A stretch of DNA of 41,287 nt from an uncultured Clostridia bacterium (lineage in GTDB: Bacteria; Aerophobota; Aerophobia; Aerophobales; B3-G15), in NCBI GenBank assembly GCA_964482715.1, contig CAYZYX010000012.1, positions 1 to 41,287 on the forward strand. The letters are read 5' to 3'. Positions 9,010-18,526 of this stretch are shown here, piece after piece. The position numbers and the translations under genes were made by a program. The first letter of the stretch is position 1; each line of letters begins with the position of its first letter. The notes below the pieces were generated by a model that saw only the letters and a list, made by a program, of their open reading frames with translations, had not been told where the DNA came from and made no database searches.

Positions 9010-10068
9010 TTACACCTTTTTTCTCTTAAGACGATAAATATAGGCAAGGATCTCCGCAACAGCCTGATAAAACTTCACGGGTATTTCCTCCCCTATTTCC
9101 ACCGATTGGTAGAGCATCTGAGCCAGCCATTTGTTTTCCACTATAGGGACGCCATATTTTCTGGCAATTTCCTTTATCTTTTCGGCAATTATTCCTGCCC
9201 CTTTGGCTATAACAATAGGGGCATTCATCTTTTCCCTCTCGTACTGCAGGGCTACAGCAAGATGCCGGGGATTGGTTATCACCACATCAGCCTGGGGAAC
9301 TTTCTGCATCATTCGAGACCTCAGTATCTGACGCTGAAGACTGCGTATTTTACTTTTTACAAGAGGATTTCCTTCGGTTTCCTTGAGTTCCTCCTTTAAC
9401 TCTTCTCTTGTCATGCGGAGCTCTCTTTCATAGCGCCTTTTCTGCCAGATATAATCTATAAGGGCAAGAGGAATCATACCTATGGAGAGGGAAAGAAGGA
9501 GCTTGAATGCCAGTTTTAAGCTGACAAGAAAAATTTTCCCGATCTCCTGGCCGGTTAAAGAAAAAATTGTCGGAAGTTCACCCTTAACTATTAAATAAGC
9601 TATGTAGCCAATAATGACAATTTTCAGGAGAGAAACGAGAAGTCTGACCAGACCTTCTCTGGAGAATATCCTCTTTAATCCACTTACAGGGTTTATCCTG
9701 TTAAGATCGGGAATGAGGGGATGAAAGCTGAATACAAATCCGACCTGCATAATATTGCTGGCAATAGCTATTAGAACAATGAATAAGAAAAAGGGCAGAA
9801 GAAGAAGGGCTGTTTGTGAAAAAACCTGCTGCATTTTATAAAAGACATCCTGGGGACTGGAGGTAAAATAGTAGAGTTTCGCCCAGATACCCTGAGAGAT
9901 GGAAAGTAGCCCTGCAAAAAGAGGATATCCCAGAAATCGAAGTAGTATTATTCCTCCTACGAGAACAAGGACAGAGTTAATCTCTTGCGATTTTGCCACC
10001 TGTCCTCTTCTCTTTGCTCTTCTGCGACGTCTGGGTGTTGCCGGAAATATTTTTTCCTCTTCGGGCAT
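9010..10068 (-). CDS. flhB: Flagellar export switch protein FlhB
   Basis: ATPRRR, EGNPLVKSKIR, VVITNPRH, PIVIAKG, YQAVAEIL. Confidence 0.96.
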   Translation of the reverse strand: MPEEEKIFPATPRRRRRAKRRGQVAKSQEINSVLVLVGGIILLRFLGYPLFAGLLSISQGIWAKLYYFTSSPQDVFYKMQQVFSQTALLLLPFFLFIVLIAIASNIMQVGFVFSFHPLIPDLNRINPVSGLKRIFSREGLVRLLVSLLKIVIIGYIAYLIVKGELPTIFSLTGQEIGKIFLVSLKLAFKLLLSLSIGMIPLALIDYIWQKRRYERELRMTREELKEELKETEGNPLVKSKIRSLQRQILRSRMMQKVPQADVVITNPRHLAVALQYEREKMNAPIVIAKGAGIIAEKIKEIARKYGVPIVENKWLAQMLYQSVEIGEEIPVKFYQAVAEILAYIYRLKRKKV

Positions 10069-10070
10069 TT

Positions 10071-10859
10071 TCAGCCTCCGGTTTGTGTCATTTTCAAAAT
10101 TGAGATTAAACTACTGTAGAAATTGCCAAATTCGTCTTCCAGAAAGTAAAGGAAGTGCGGCATGGAAAAACCAAGCACAAATAGACCTATCAGAATCTTA
10201 AGCGGGATCGAGATCATGAAGATGTTTATCTGAGGTATCACTCTATTGATAACCCCCATAACTATCTGGACGAGCAGAAGAGTGAGGATAACAGGAATTC
10301 CTGCTTTAAGGGAAATTACGAAAATACTTCCCATCGTTTTTGCAAACATCTGGATCAAAGTAGAAGAAAAAATAAAGCTCCCTGGCGGAATTGAAACAAA
10401 ACTTTCCATAAGGGATTTGAAGAGGAAAAGATGACCATTGATGGAAATAAAAATGAGCATGGCCATAATACTGTTAAATCTGGAAATAATTGACATCTCT
10501 GCGCCACTTTGAGGATCAAAAAATTCAGCCATTCCAAGACCCATTTGAATACCTATAATCTGACCACTAAGTTCTACCCCAACAAAGATAAGTTTTATTG
10601 TATACCCCATGATAAGACCCAATCCTGTCTCGGCCAGTAAAAAGAGAGTGTAATTTATCGGATGACTGTCACAGCTAATCCTGGAAAGACTTACAACTTC
10701 CGGTAACATCAAAAAACTTAAGGTTAAAGCCAGAGCCACTTTTACCTGTCTGGGAATAACAGGTGACCCTAACAGGGGGGCGCTAAAAATTAGTCCCCCT
10801 ATTCTTGCCACCATCAGCCAGAAAACCAGAATTCCTTCAGGTGAAAGGATCTCTCGCAT
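10071..10859 (-). CDS. fliR: Flagellar export protein FliR
   Basis: Multi-TM; GQIIGIQMGL, NRVIPQINIF. Confidence 0.95.
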   Translation of the reverse strand: MREILSPEGILVFWLMVARIGGLIFSAPLLGSPVIPRQVKVALALTLSFLMLPEVVSLSRISCDSHPINYTLFLLAETGLGLIMGYTIKLIFVGVELSGQIIGIQMGLGMAEFFDPQSGAEMSIISRFNSIMAMLIFISINGHLFLFKSLMESFVSIPPGSFIFSSTLIQMFAKTMGSIFVISLKAGIPVILTLLLVQIVMGVINRVIPQINIFMISIPLKILIGLFVLGFSMPHFLYFLEDEFGNFYSSLISILKMTQTGG

Positions 10860-10869
10860 AGGAAAAACT

Positions 10870-11139
10870 TCACTTCATAAAAAGACTGATTCCAAGGTAA
10901 AGTGTAGAGGTATAACCGGTTATAACCTTGATTATCCAGGGTAGAAGAAAATAAAGTACCACTCCTACGGCTATTATTTTTGGAATAAAAGTGAGAGTCA
11001 TTTCATGAATCTGGGTAATTGCTTGAAATATACCCACCAGAAGCCCAACTATGAGTCCCACCGCAAGAGGAGGAAGACATATTAAACCGGCGGTTAAAAT
11101 AGCCCTTCTGCCTATTTCAATTGCAAGTTCTGGACTCAT
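10870..11139 (-). CDS. fliQ: Flagellar export protein FliQ
   Basis: GIFQAITQIHEMTLTFIPK; ATG 11139 behind GAGGAG. Confidence 0.96.
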   Translation of the reverse strand: MSPELAIEIGRRAILTAGLICLPPLAVGLIVGLLVGIFQAITQIHEMTLTFIPKIIAVGVVLYFLLPWIIKVITGYTSTLYLGISLFMK

Positions 11140-11183
11140 TTTTCTCCTCAACGTTTGCTTTTTTCTTCTTTTTCACTGACTTT

Positions 11184-11975
11184 TTATCGAAAGCTGGTTA
11201 TTATTGATTGAATTACAAGGTCCCATCCATCCACGAGAACAAATAAAAGTATCTTAAAAGGCAGAGAAATCATCATTGGTGGAACCATAAACATTCCCAT
11301 GGACATAATTATGCTTGAGACAACTATGTCTATGATTAAAAAGGGAATGTAAAGGACAAATCCAATTTGAAAGGCGGTTTTCAGCTCACTGGTGATGAAA
11401 GCAGGAATCACAACCCGCAAAGGAAGCTGATCCGGGGATTCTGAAGATTCAATTCTGGCATAGTTTACAAAAAGGGAAAGGTCTTTCTTTCGTGTCTGTC
11501 TTAGCATAAATTGCCTAATTGGCTGAATCCCTCTCTCCCAGGCTTCCTCCTGTCTGATCTCACCGTTCAGATAAGGCTGAAGAGCCTTCTCTTTGATCTC
11601 CACCCAGGTGGGAGCCATGATAAAAAAGGTTAAAAAAAGTGCCAGTCCAATCAAAATCTGATTGGGTGGTAACTGCCGCATGGAAAGTGCCGAACGAAGA
11701 AGTGAAAGTATTACTATTATCCTGGTAAAGGAGGTCATCATGATAACAAAAGCAGGAGCAAGAGATAAAACTGTGATTAGGAAAATTATTTGAAGGGCAA
11801 CACCAACTTCCTGGGGACTTCCTTCTCCTCCGATTTCTATCTTAATTTTTGGTATCGCAACTCCCCCCGTGGAAGCTGCCCACCCTGTTTCCAAAACTCC
11901 CAGACAGGAAGTTGTTAAAATTAAAGCACAAAAAACGATCTTTTTCTTTGATGACATTTTTTTATTTCTCATCAA
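11184..11975 (-). CDS. fliP: Flagellar export protein FliP
   Basis: MTSFTRI, PPNQILIGLALFLT, PAFITSELKTAFQIG, SLPFKILLFVLVDGW. Confidence 0.97.
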   Translation of the reverse strand: MMRNKKMSSKKKIVFCALILTTSCLGVLETGWAASTGGVAIPKIKIEIGGEGSPQEVGVALQIIFLITVLSLAPAFVIMMTSFTRIIVILSLLRSALSMRQLPPNQILIGLALFLTFFIMAPTWVEIKEKALQPYLNGEIRQEEAWERGIQPIRQFMLRQTRKKDLSLFVNYARIESSESPDQLPLRVVIPAFITSELKTAFQIGFVLYIPFLIIDIVVSSIIMSMGMFMVPPMMISLPFKILLFVLVDGWDLVIQSIITSFR

Positions 11976-12378
11976 CTCTATCTACCCTGTTGAAAAGTAA
12001 GAGACCACTTATCTTTTCTCCACCCGAAAAAAAGGCACTTTTCAAAAAGTTTGTAAATTTTGTTCTTGAACTGTCAGGTTGAAATTCCAGCAATTTGAGA
12101 AATTCCTCATCTTCTATGGTGCACAGAAGATGAATCTCTCCATTTGCCCCAATTACCAGGATTTTTTTACCTATTTTGACAAGATAAATGGCTTTTTTAG
12201 GGGAAAGGTTCAGTTTTCCCACTATTTCAATTAAACTATTTTTGTCCGCACTGAACCTACCTTTTCGCCGCGAAAATTTGAAAAGAAAGTAAACAAAAAA
12301 GTACATAAGCCCTATTACGGCTATTAGAGAAAAAAGAGCTCTGAGAGATAAAGATAAAATTGAAGGTTCAGGGTTCAC
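11962..12378 (-). CDS. fliO: Flagellar protein FliO
   Basis: N-terminal TM, LSPKKAIYLVKIG motif, position between fliN and fliP. Confidence 0.85.
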   Translation of the reverse strand: MNPEPSILSLSLRALFSLIAVIGLMYFFVYFLFKFSRRKGRFSADKNSLIEIVGKLNLSPKKAIYLVKIGKKILVIGANGEIHLLCTIEDEEFLKLLEFQPDSSRTKFTNFLKSAFFSGGEKISGLLLFNRVDRVDEK

Positions 12379-12767
12379 TGGAGTTTCCTTATTCTTGCTT
12401 CCTGAGCTATAATTTCCGTGATCCTCACGGCAAAATTTCCATCAGCAACCACTACTTCACCTTTAGCCACCAGTTTTCCATTGACCAGAAGATCAACCGG
12501 TTCACCGGCCAGTTTATTTAGCTCAATTACTGACCCGGGTGCAAGTTGCAGTATTTCCCTTATGGACATAGAAGTTCTTCCAAGTTCTGCGGAGATTTGA
12601 AGAGGGATGTCAAAGAGCATCTCCAGATTGGCTTCTTCTTGAGAACCAGAAGAAACCTTCTTTTTTGAGTCGAGTTTTGGAAATTCTGCCCGTTGAATTT
12701 CTACTTTTTCTTCTTCCTGCTTTGTGGCTGCTTTATTCTCCAGATCTTGTTTTTTTTTATTCTCCAT
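12375..12767 (-). CDS. fliN: Motor switch protein FliN
   Basis: DIPLQISAELG, LAGEPVDLLVNGKLVAKGEVVV. Confidence 0.96.
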   Translation of the reverse strand: MENKKKQDLENKAATKQEEEKVEIQRAEFPKLDSKKKVSSGSQEEANLEMLFDIPLQISAELGRTSMSIREILQLAPGSVIELNKLAGEPVDLLVNGKLVAKGEVVVADGNFAVRITEIIAQEARIRKLQ

Positions 12768-13773
12768 CGTCTTCCTCCTTTTTAAACCAGGAAGTTATCT
12801 TTACTGCTTTTCTTTTTCCCACCCGCCCCGGTGAGGCATAAAATTTTGGGAAACCCTGGACTTTAACCAGAAGATCCTCGTTAACTGATTTGTTGAGAAT
12901 TATCACATCTCCTGGAGCAAGTCTTAAGAAATCAAGAATGGTAATTTCTGCCTGCCCCAGATCCACTACGACCTCTACATTTGTACCAGTAATTTTTCTT
13001 TGCAATAGCTTGAAATCCCTCTCTTCTGTGGTTCCTTTTTTTTGAGAGAGCCAGCGCTGATGAGAGAGCCAGCGCTGAGGGCTTAACTGAGGGAGAAGAG
13101 GTCTTAAAGTGGAAAAGGGATAACAGATATTAAAAATCCCGTAGTTTTCCCCCATATTAACCTTAAATATGACCAAAATTACCAGTTCTCCACCGGAAAC
13201 AATCTGCACGAACTCGGGATTGGAGTTTCTGGATTTTACCTCCAGTTTAAAGGAAATCACATGCTGCCAGGCTTCTTCCAGGGCCCTTAGAATTAAACCT
13301 GTTACTTTTTCCATAATAGATTGTTCAATTCTGGTAAGCTCGCGGACCTCTTGAGAATTTTTTCCTGAGCCTCCCAGCAGTCGGTCAACTATGGAGAAAC
13401 AGAGAAAGGGATTAATCTCAAGGATTATCTGACCTGAAAGGGGTTTGGCATCAATGGTAACAATGTAGGTGGGTTCGGATAAAGAGGCAATGAATTCTGT
13501 ATAGGTTAGCTGTTCCACAGCAACTATCTCCACTTCCACCGTGGTCCTCAAATAGTTAGAGAGTTTAACTCCACAACTTCTTATGAACTCTTCATGCAAA
13601 AATTCCAGAACACGGATCTGGTCTCTTGAAACAAGAGCAGGTCGCTTGAAGTTATACAGGCTGGCCGCCTTCTTATAAGCAGGTGGTGCCTTTTTCTCCT
13701 TTTGTGGAATTTTACCCTTGGAAACCGCAGAAAGCAGAGTTTCAATCTCTTCCTTACTTAAAATATCCGCCAT
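12757..13773 (-). CDS. fliM: Motor switch protein FliM
   Basis: CheY-binding ILSKEEIETLL, YNFKRP, DRLLGG, C-terminal SpoA-like domain. Confidence 0.96.
   Translation of the reverse strand: MADILSKEEIETLLSAVSKGKIPQKEKKAPPAYKKAASLYNFKRPALVSRDQIRVLEFLHEEFIRSCGVKLSNYLRTTVEVEIVAVEQLTYTEFIASLSEPTYIVTIDAKPLSGQIILEINPFLCFSIVDRLLGGSGKNSQEVRELTRIEQSIMEKVTGLILRALEEAWQHVISFKLEVKSRNSNPEFVQIVSGGELVILVIFKVNMGENYGIFNICYPFSTLRPLLPQLSPQRWLSHQRWLSQKKGTTEERDFKLLQRKITGTNVEVVVDLGQAEITILDFLRLAPGDVIILNKSVNEDLLVKVQGFPKFYASPGRVGKRKAVKITSWFKKEEDDGE
13043..13078. repeat. Perfect 18-bp tandem duplication inside fliM
   Basis: TGAGAGAGCCAGCGCTGA x2, giving QRWLSH-QRWLSQ. Confidence 0.9.
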
Positions 13774-13782
13774 TTACCTCTC

Positions 13783-14325
13783 CTACTGAATCATAAATTC
13801 CGCAAAGTAGGCATTGATTACTCTACCTGTGTTCAGGTGACGATTCAGCTCCCCTACAATTTCTCGGCGCAGTTTCTCTTTTCCTTCAGCACCTTCAATA
13901 TCCTTTAAAGCCTTGCTGGAAAGAAGAGTAATCAGTGAATCAAGAAGTCGTGGTTTTAAGAATTCAATCTCTTCAATGACTTTAGAGGAGTCAAGCTCTA
14001 TATTTAAGCTCACCTTTAAGTATCTCCTTGCTCCCTCCTCATTTAAATTAACAATTATGGGCTCAAACTGGTAAATAGGACCCATCTTTTCACGCCATGA
14101 CGTAGGAGATGACTTCACTTCCCTTTCCGTAGCTTTCTCCGGTGAACCAACCATAGGAGTAACCACTTTCTCGACCACAAAATAGGAAGCCACCAGGATA
14201 CCTGCCACTATTGCTGCCCATCTTACCAGTTGGGGAAACTGAAAAGGTCCTTTATTTTTCTCTTTTTCCTTTTTTTCTTCCTTTTCTTCTGCCAAATTAC
14301 CTTCGGAAGCTTTTTCTTCAGGCAT
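13783..14325 (-). CDS. fliL: Basal-body-associated protein FliL
   Basis: Single TM, IIVNL, RYLKV, GKEKLRREI, YFAEFMIQ. Confidence 0.93.
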   Translation of the reverse strand: MPEEKASEGNLAEEKEEKKEKEKNKGPFQFPQLVRWAAIVAGILVASYFVVEKVVTPMVGSPEKATEREVKSSPTSWREKMGPIYQFEPIIVNLNEEGARRYLKVSLNIELDSSKVIEEIEFLKPRLLDSLITLLSSKALKDIEGAEGKEKLRREIVGELNRHLNTGRVINAYFAEFMIQ

Positions 14326-14340
14326 TTAACATCCTCCTTT

Positions 14341-15024
14341 TTAAGGAATTTTAATTACTATCTCCACCCTGCGGTTGCGAGTTCTACCCTGGGGAGTATT
14401 GTTTGGAAAAAGGGGACGATACTCACCGTAGCCTACCGCCGAGAGGAGCTGCCTGTTTACGCCTTTTTTCTCCAGATATTTAACTACATTGATGGCTCTT
14501 GCTGCCGAAAGTTCCCAGTTGGAGGGGAATCTTTCGGTGTGAATGGGGAGATTGTCGGTGTGACCTTCCACCCTTACCTGATACTGATATTCCTTCAGTG
14601 CTGGTACTAATTTATCCAGGATTTTTCTTGCCTCTGGCTTCAATTCAGCCTCTCCCAGATCAAAAAGTATCCTGCCCGGGAGCCGCAAGATCACACCTTC
14701 TGCTCCAGGAACAATCTCTATAGCCTTTCTTTCTTCTCCTAAAATCTCTTTCAGGGAGGCGGATAGCTTTTTCTGTAATTTCATTTTTTCCTGTTGTATG
14801 AGGTAGTCAAAATCCAAAGGTTTCTCCCTGCCAAAAAGTATTCCGGCTCCTCCACTGAAAAAAGCTTCACGGAATGAGTAAAGTCCTATTTTTAACTTTT
14901 TTTCCTCTATCTGTCCCATGGAAACAAGAACGATAAAAAAAGTCATCAAAAGTATCATCAAATTAGCGTAAGTGAGCATAAAACTTGACCTTGATCCTTC
15001 ATCTGATCTTTTTTTAAGAGCCAT
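14341..15024 (-). CDS. motB: Second MotB-like stator subunit lacking the conserved TM Asp
   Basis: TM FMLTYANLMILLMTFF; OmpA-like domain VEGHTDN, SNWELSAARA, NRRVEI. Confidence 0.88.
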   Translation of the reverse strand: MALKKRSDEGSRSSFMLTYANLMILLMTFFIVLVSMGQIEEKKLKIGLYSFREAFFSGGAGILFGREKPLDFDYLIQQEKMKLQKKLSASLKEILGEERKAIEIVPGAEGVILRLPGRILFDLGEAELKPEARKILDKLVPALKEYQYQVRVEGHTDNLPIHTERFPSNWELSAARAINVVKYLEKKGVNRQLLSAVGYGEYRPLFPNNTPQGRTRNRRVEIVIKIP

Positions 15025-15846
15025 TTTTCACTCTGACAAATATTTCTACTCTTCTATTTTTCTGACGGTGCTCAGGAGTATCATTGGGAAAAAGCGGACG
15101 GGAATCAGCGTAACCTACAACTCCTATCCTTGAGGGAGTAATACCTTCCTGGATAAAATATCTGGCCACACTTATTGCTCTTGCTGCCGAAAGTTCCCAG
15201 TTGGAAGGGAATCTTTCGGTGTGAATGGGGAGATTGTCGGTGTGGCCTTCCACAATAATTTNNNNNNNNNNNNNNNNNNNNNNNNNNNNNNNNNNNNNNN
15301 NNNNNNNNNNNNNNNNNNNNNNNNNNNNNNNNNNNNNNNNNNNNNNNNNNNNNNNNNNNNNGGGAATCTTTCGGTGTGAATGGGGAGATTGTCGGTGTGG
15401 CCTTCCACAATAATTTCATTGGGCAGTGGCTTAATGATAGCCGATATTTCGTCAAGTAAAGGTAAAATCTGTGGTCTCAACCCGGCTTTTCCCAGATCAA
15501 AGAGTATTGGACTTGCTAAACTGATCCTCACTCCTCCTTTTACCAGCTTAACTTGCACTTCACTTCCCATACCACGAGAGACAACTGCGTAGTGTATCTT
15601 TTCGGCAATTTGTTCACTTTCTCTAACTATTTCAGGAGATGAAACTATGACTGGTTTTGTCCTGTCCATCATCCCCAGTGCCCCTCTCAAAGAACCAAGG
15701 GCATCTTCCATTTTACTTTTATCAAGATGAGTAGCAGCAAATAGCATAACAAAAAAGGTAAGCATGAGCGACATGACATCGGCAAAAGTTGTAAGCCATA
15801 CCGGATCGCCGGATCTCTCGGGAACCTTTTTTTTCATGTCTTTCAT
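15014..15846 (-). CDS. motB: Stator subunit MotB/PomB-type (split only by an assembly gap)
   Basis: WLTTFADVMSLMLTFF; removing 100 N plus the 55-nt overlap duplicated either side (15207-15261 = 15362-15416) gives one in-frame 225-aa ORF. Confidence 0.9.
15262..15361. other. Assembly gap (100 N) with duplicated 55-nt flanks
   Basis: N run; identical sequence left and right. Confidence 0.98.
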
Positions 15847-16622
15847 GATGATTTAAACTCCACTTTGACTTTTTCTCTTATTCCCGGTGCAATAAATGAC
15901 TTCAATTTATCCTCAACCACCCTGGGATTATCTCCTGATTGAATGGCCACAATTCCTTCCATAATTAACTGCTTGCTTAAAACCTCCTCCTCACTTCTGA
16001 CTTTTAACTTTCCGGCAATGGGTAGAAAGACAAGGTTGGCAAGCAGAGCTCCATAGAAAGTGGTAATAAGAGCAGTAGCCATTCCCTGTCCTATCTTGGA
16101 AGGGTCTTCAAGGCAACGAAGCATCTGGATAAGTCCAATAAGAGTTCCAATCATTCCAAAAGCTGGAGAGTAGGTTCCCATGGCATTAAAGATATTCTGT
16201 CCCACCTTATGTCTTTCCTGCAAAGATTCAAGCTCTATGGTAAGTATCTCTCTAATGGTCTCAGGTGGAGTTCCATCCACAACAAGCTGAACCCCTTTAC
16301 GAAAGAAAGGGTCATCTGTTCCGGCAATTTTTTCTTCCAGAGCCAGCACACCTTCTCTGCGAGCAATGCGGGCAAATTCAACCAGAGTGGCTATTGTCTT
16401 TTCCGGAGAGGGCTCCTGATGAAAAAAAGCTTTCTTTACTACACTCATAACTCCAATAACCTTGGACATGGGAAAATTAATCAGTGTAGCACCAATTGTT
16501 CCTCCCACGGTAATCATCAGAGAAGGTATATTGATAAAGGTGGCTATCCCTCCACCCTGCAGGATAGCTATGAGAACAAGTCCCATTCCTGCAACAATCC
16601 CTGCCAGTGTTGTAATGTCCAT
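15843..16622 (-). CDS. motA: Stator subunit MotA/PomA-type
   Basis: ARREGVLALE, PAFGMIGTLIGL, ALITTFYG, QSGDNPR. Confidence 0.95.
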   Translation of the reverse strand: MDITTLAGIVAGMGLVLIAILQGGGIATFINIPSLMITVGGTIGATLINFPMSKVIGVMSVVKKAFFHQEPSPEKTIATLVEFARIARREGVLALEEKIAGTDDPFFRKGVQLVVDGTPPETIREILTIELESLQERHKVGQNIFNAMGTYSPAFGMIGTLIGLIQMLRCLEDPSKIGQGMATALITTFYGALLANLVFLPIAGKLKVRSEEEVLSKQLIMEGIVAIQSGDNPRVVEDKLKSFIAPGIREKVKVEFKSS

Positions 16623-16662
16623 TTTATTACCTCGAGAGGTAATCTATTATTAGTTAATCATA

Positions 16663-16854
16663 TCAGTCGATTCCTCTCTCAATTGATTTGTAATAACGGA
16701 CAACCTTTTCGATTATATCTTCCACCGGTTCTTTCACCAGAATTTTATCTCTGGTGACTAAGGTGATCACAGTGTCCGGGGTTTTTTCCACGTATTTTAT
16801 GAGTCTTGCGTTTATCACCAGTTCCCGCCCATCAAGCCGGGTAACCTTAATCAT
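16663..16854 (-). CDS. flbD: Flagellar protein FlbD (SwrD) family
   Basis: MIKVTRLDG...INARLIKYVEKTPDTVITL; between flgE and motA. Confidence 0.92.
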   Translation of the reverse strand: MIKVTRLDGRELVINARLIKYVEKTPDTVITLVTRDKILVKEPVEDIIEKVVRYYKSIERGID

Positions 16855-16866
16855 CTTTTATTCCTG

Positions 16867-18504
16867 TTATCGTTTTATATTAACAAGCTCCTGCAGAATC
16901 TGATCTGAGGCTGTAATAACCCGGGCATTCACTTGAAAGCCTCTTTGAGCAATGATTATCTCGGTGAAACTTTTGGCAAGGTCCACGTTGGACATTTCCA
17001 GACTGGAAGGAGCAATTACCCCCCGGGTTCCCGTTCCCGGTGTTCCTATTTGTGACAGTCCTGAATTCAGTGACTGTTTGTAGAGATTGTCTCCCGCCTT
17101 GTAGAGGCCCTCAGGATTGGGAAAATCAGCCAGAGCAATCTGGGCAAGGGTCCGGTTAATCCCATTGGTAAATATACCGGTGATAATTCCCGAATCATCA
17201 ATAGAGATATCGTCAAGACTTCCGCTTGGATAACCATCCTGTTCTTTTAAAGTTGCAGTAAAGTCTGAGGCAAATTGAGTTAAACCGTTGAACTTATTGA
17301 TCGTCCCGAAGTCTAAATTTATCCTCATTTCCTCGGCTCCTCCATCCCCGTCAGGATCAAAAGTGATCCGGGTGGTGGTCACACTGGCCAGAGAACCATC
17401 AGAGTTAAAAGTTAAAGTTCCTGTGTCTCCTGAGACTGAGGCTGCATCCTGATAGGGAACAATAGCCTGCCAGTTCCAGGTATTACTCACCCCTGATTCT
17501 GTATCTTTGGCAAAGAGCAAGGTGATAATCTGGGCGTTCCCGAGGGAATCATACGTGGTTACGAAGGTGGTGTAGTCAGCACTTCTTGAACCTTCGGCAG
17601 TGCTCCCCGAGCTTCCTGCTGTGATGGGAGTGTCAAATACTCCGTAAGAGTTAAATTCGGTTTTTCCGGTACACTGCAGGGTGAGTCCTGTTATATCTAC
17701 GGAATCTGGCATGGTCATGACCTGCAGGCTCCCATCACTTTTTACCATAACGGTCTCATTGCCACCACTTGCAGCTCTTATAGCTTCCTGAAGTGCATAG
17801 GCAAGGTCAGCAAGGGAAGAATTTTCCGTAACGGTGTAAGAACCAGAAATGACGTTGCCACCCGCATCTCCGGAAAATTGAATTTCATCCCCCACATGCA
17901 AATTCATGGGATTTCCATCAGCATCAAAAAGTTTGGTAAGAAGTGTTGTTGAAGTAGCATAGGTAGGCTCAACTTCTGAATTAAGATTACCCACAAAACT
18001 TGCCGAAGTGGTTGCTCTTGCCGGAAGTCTCTGCTGGAAGTCTATGGTTATGTTGCCCAGAACCTTACCTACCTCACCACTTTCATCCGCCATGTAGCCC
18101 TGGACCATATAGCCGTTGCTGTTTACGAGATTTCCCTGATAATCAAAATCAAAAGCTCCATCCCGGGTATAAAACTGCCTTTCTCCATCACTCACGATGA
18201 AAAATCCATTTCCCTGAACAGCCAGATCTGTTTTTCTCTGAGTGGACATGAGATTTCCCTGAGTAAAGATCTTATCTATGGAAGAGATTCGCATACCAAG
18301 TCCTACCTGTTGAGGGTTGGTTCCCCCTCTTCCCTCTTCTGCTCCACCTGCTGACCTTAAAACCTGACTCAGAAGTTCCTGAAAAAGAACCCGGGAGGAC
18401 TTAAATCCCACCGTGTTTACATTGGCAATGTTGTCACCAATTACATCCATCTGAATCTGGTGGTTACGCAGACCAGAAACTCCTGAAAAAAGCGCTCTCA
18501 TCAT
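16867..18504 (-). CDS. flgE: Flagellar hook protein FlgE
   Basis: GDNIANVNTVGFK, YTRDGAF, LEMSNVDL, QRGFQVNARVI. Confidence 0.96.
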   Translation of the reverse strand: MMRALFSGVSGLRNHQIQMDVIGDNIANVNTVGFKSSRVLFQELLSQVLRSAGGAEEGRGGTNPQQVGLGMRISSIDKIFTQGNLMSTQRKTDLAVQGNGFFIVSDGERQFYTRDGAFDFDYQGNLVNSNGYMVQGYMADESGEVGKVLGNITIDFQQRLPARATTSASFVGNLNSEVEPTYATSTTLLTKLFDADGNPMNLHVGDEIQFSGDAGGNVISGSYTVTENSSLADLAYALQEAIRAASGGNETVMVKSDGSLQVMTMPDSVDITGLTLQCTGKTEFNSYGVFDTPITAGSSGSTAEGSRSADYTTFVTTYDSLGNAQIITLLFAKDTESGVSNTWNWQAIVPYQDAASVSGDTGTLTFNSDGSLASVTTTRITFDPDGDGGAEEMRINLDFGTINKFNGLTQFASDFTATLKEQDGYPSGSLDDISIDDSGIITGIFTNGINRTLAQIALADFPNPEGLYKAGDNLYKQSLNSGLSQIGTPGTGTRGVIAPSSLEMSNVDLAKSFTEIIIAQRGFQVNARVITASDQILQELVNIKR

Positions 18505-18526
18505 TTTTAAAACCTCCTTTTGCCTC

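Noticed and set aside
15014-15846. Apparent frameshifted or split motB, or a third motB fragment
   Set aside because: The 55-nt sequence duplicated around a 100-N gap is a scaffolding artefact; collapsing it restores one in-frame gene
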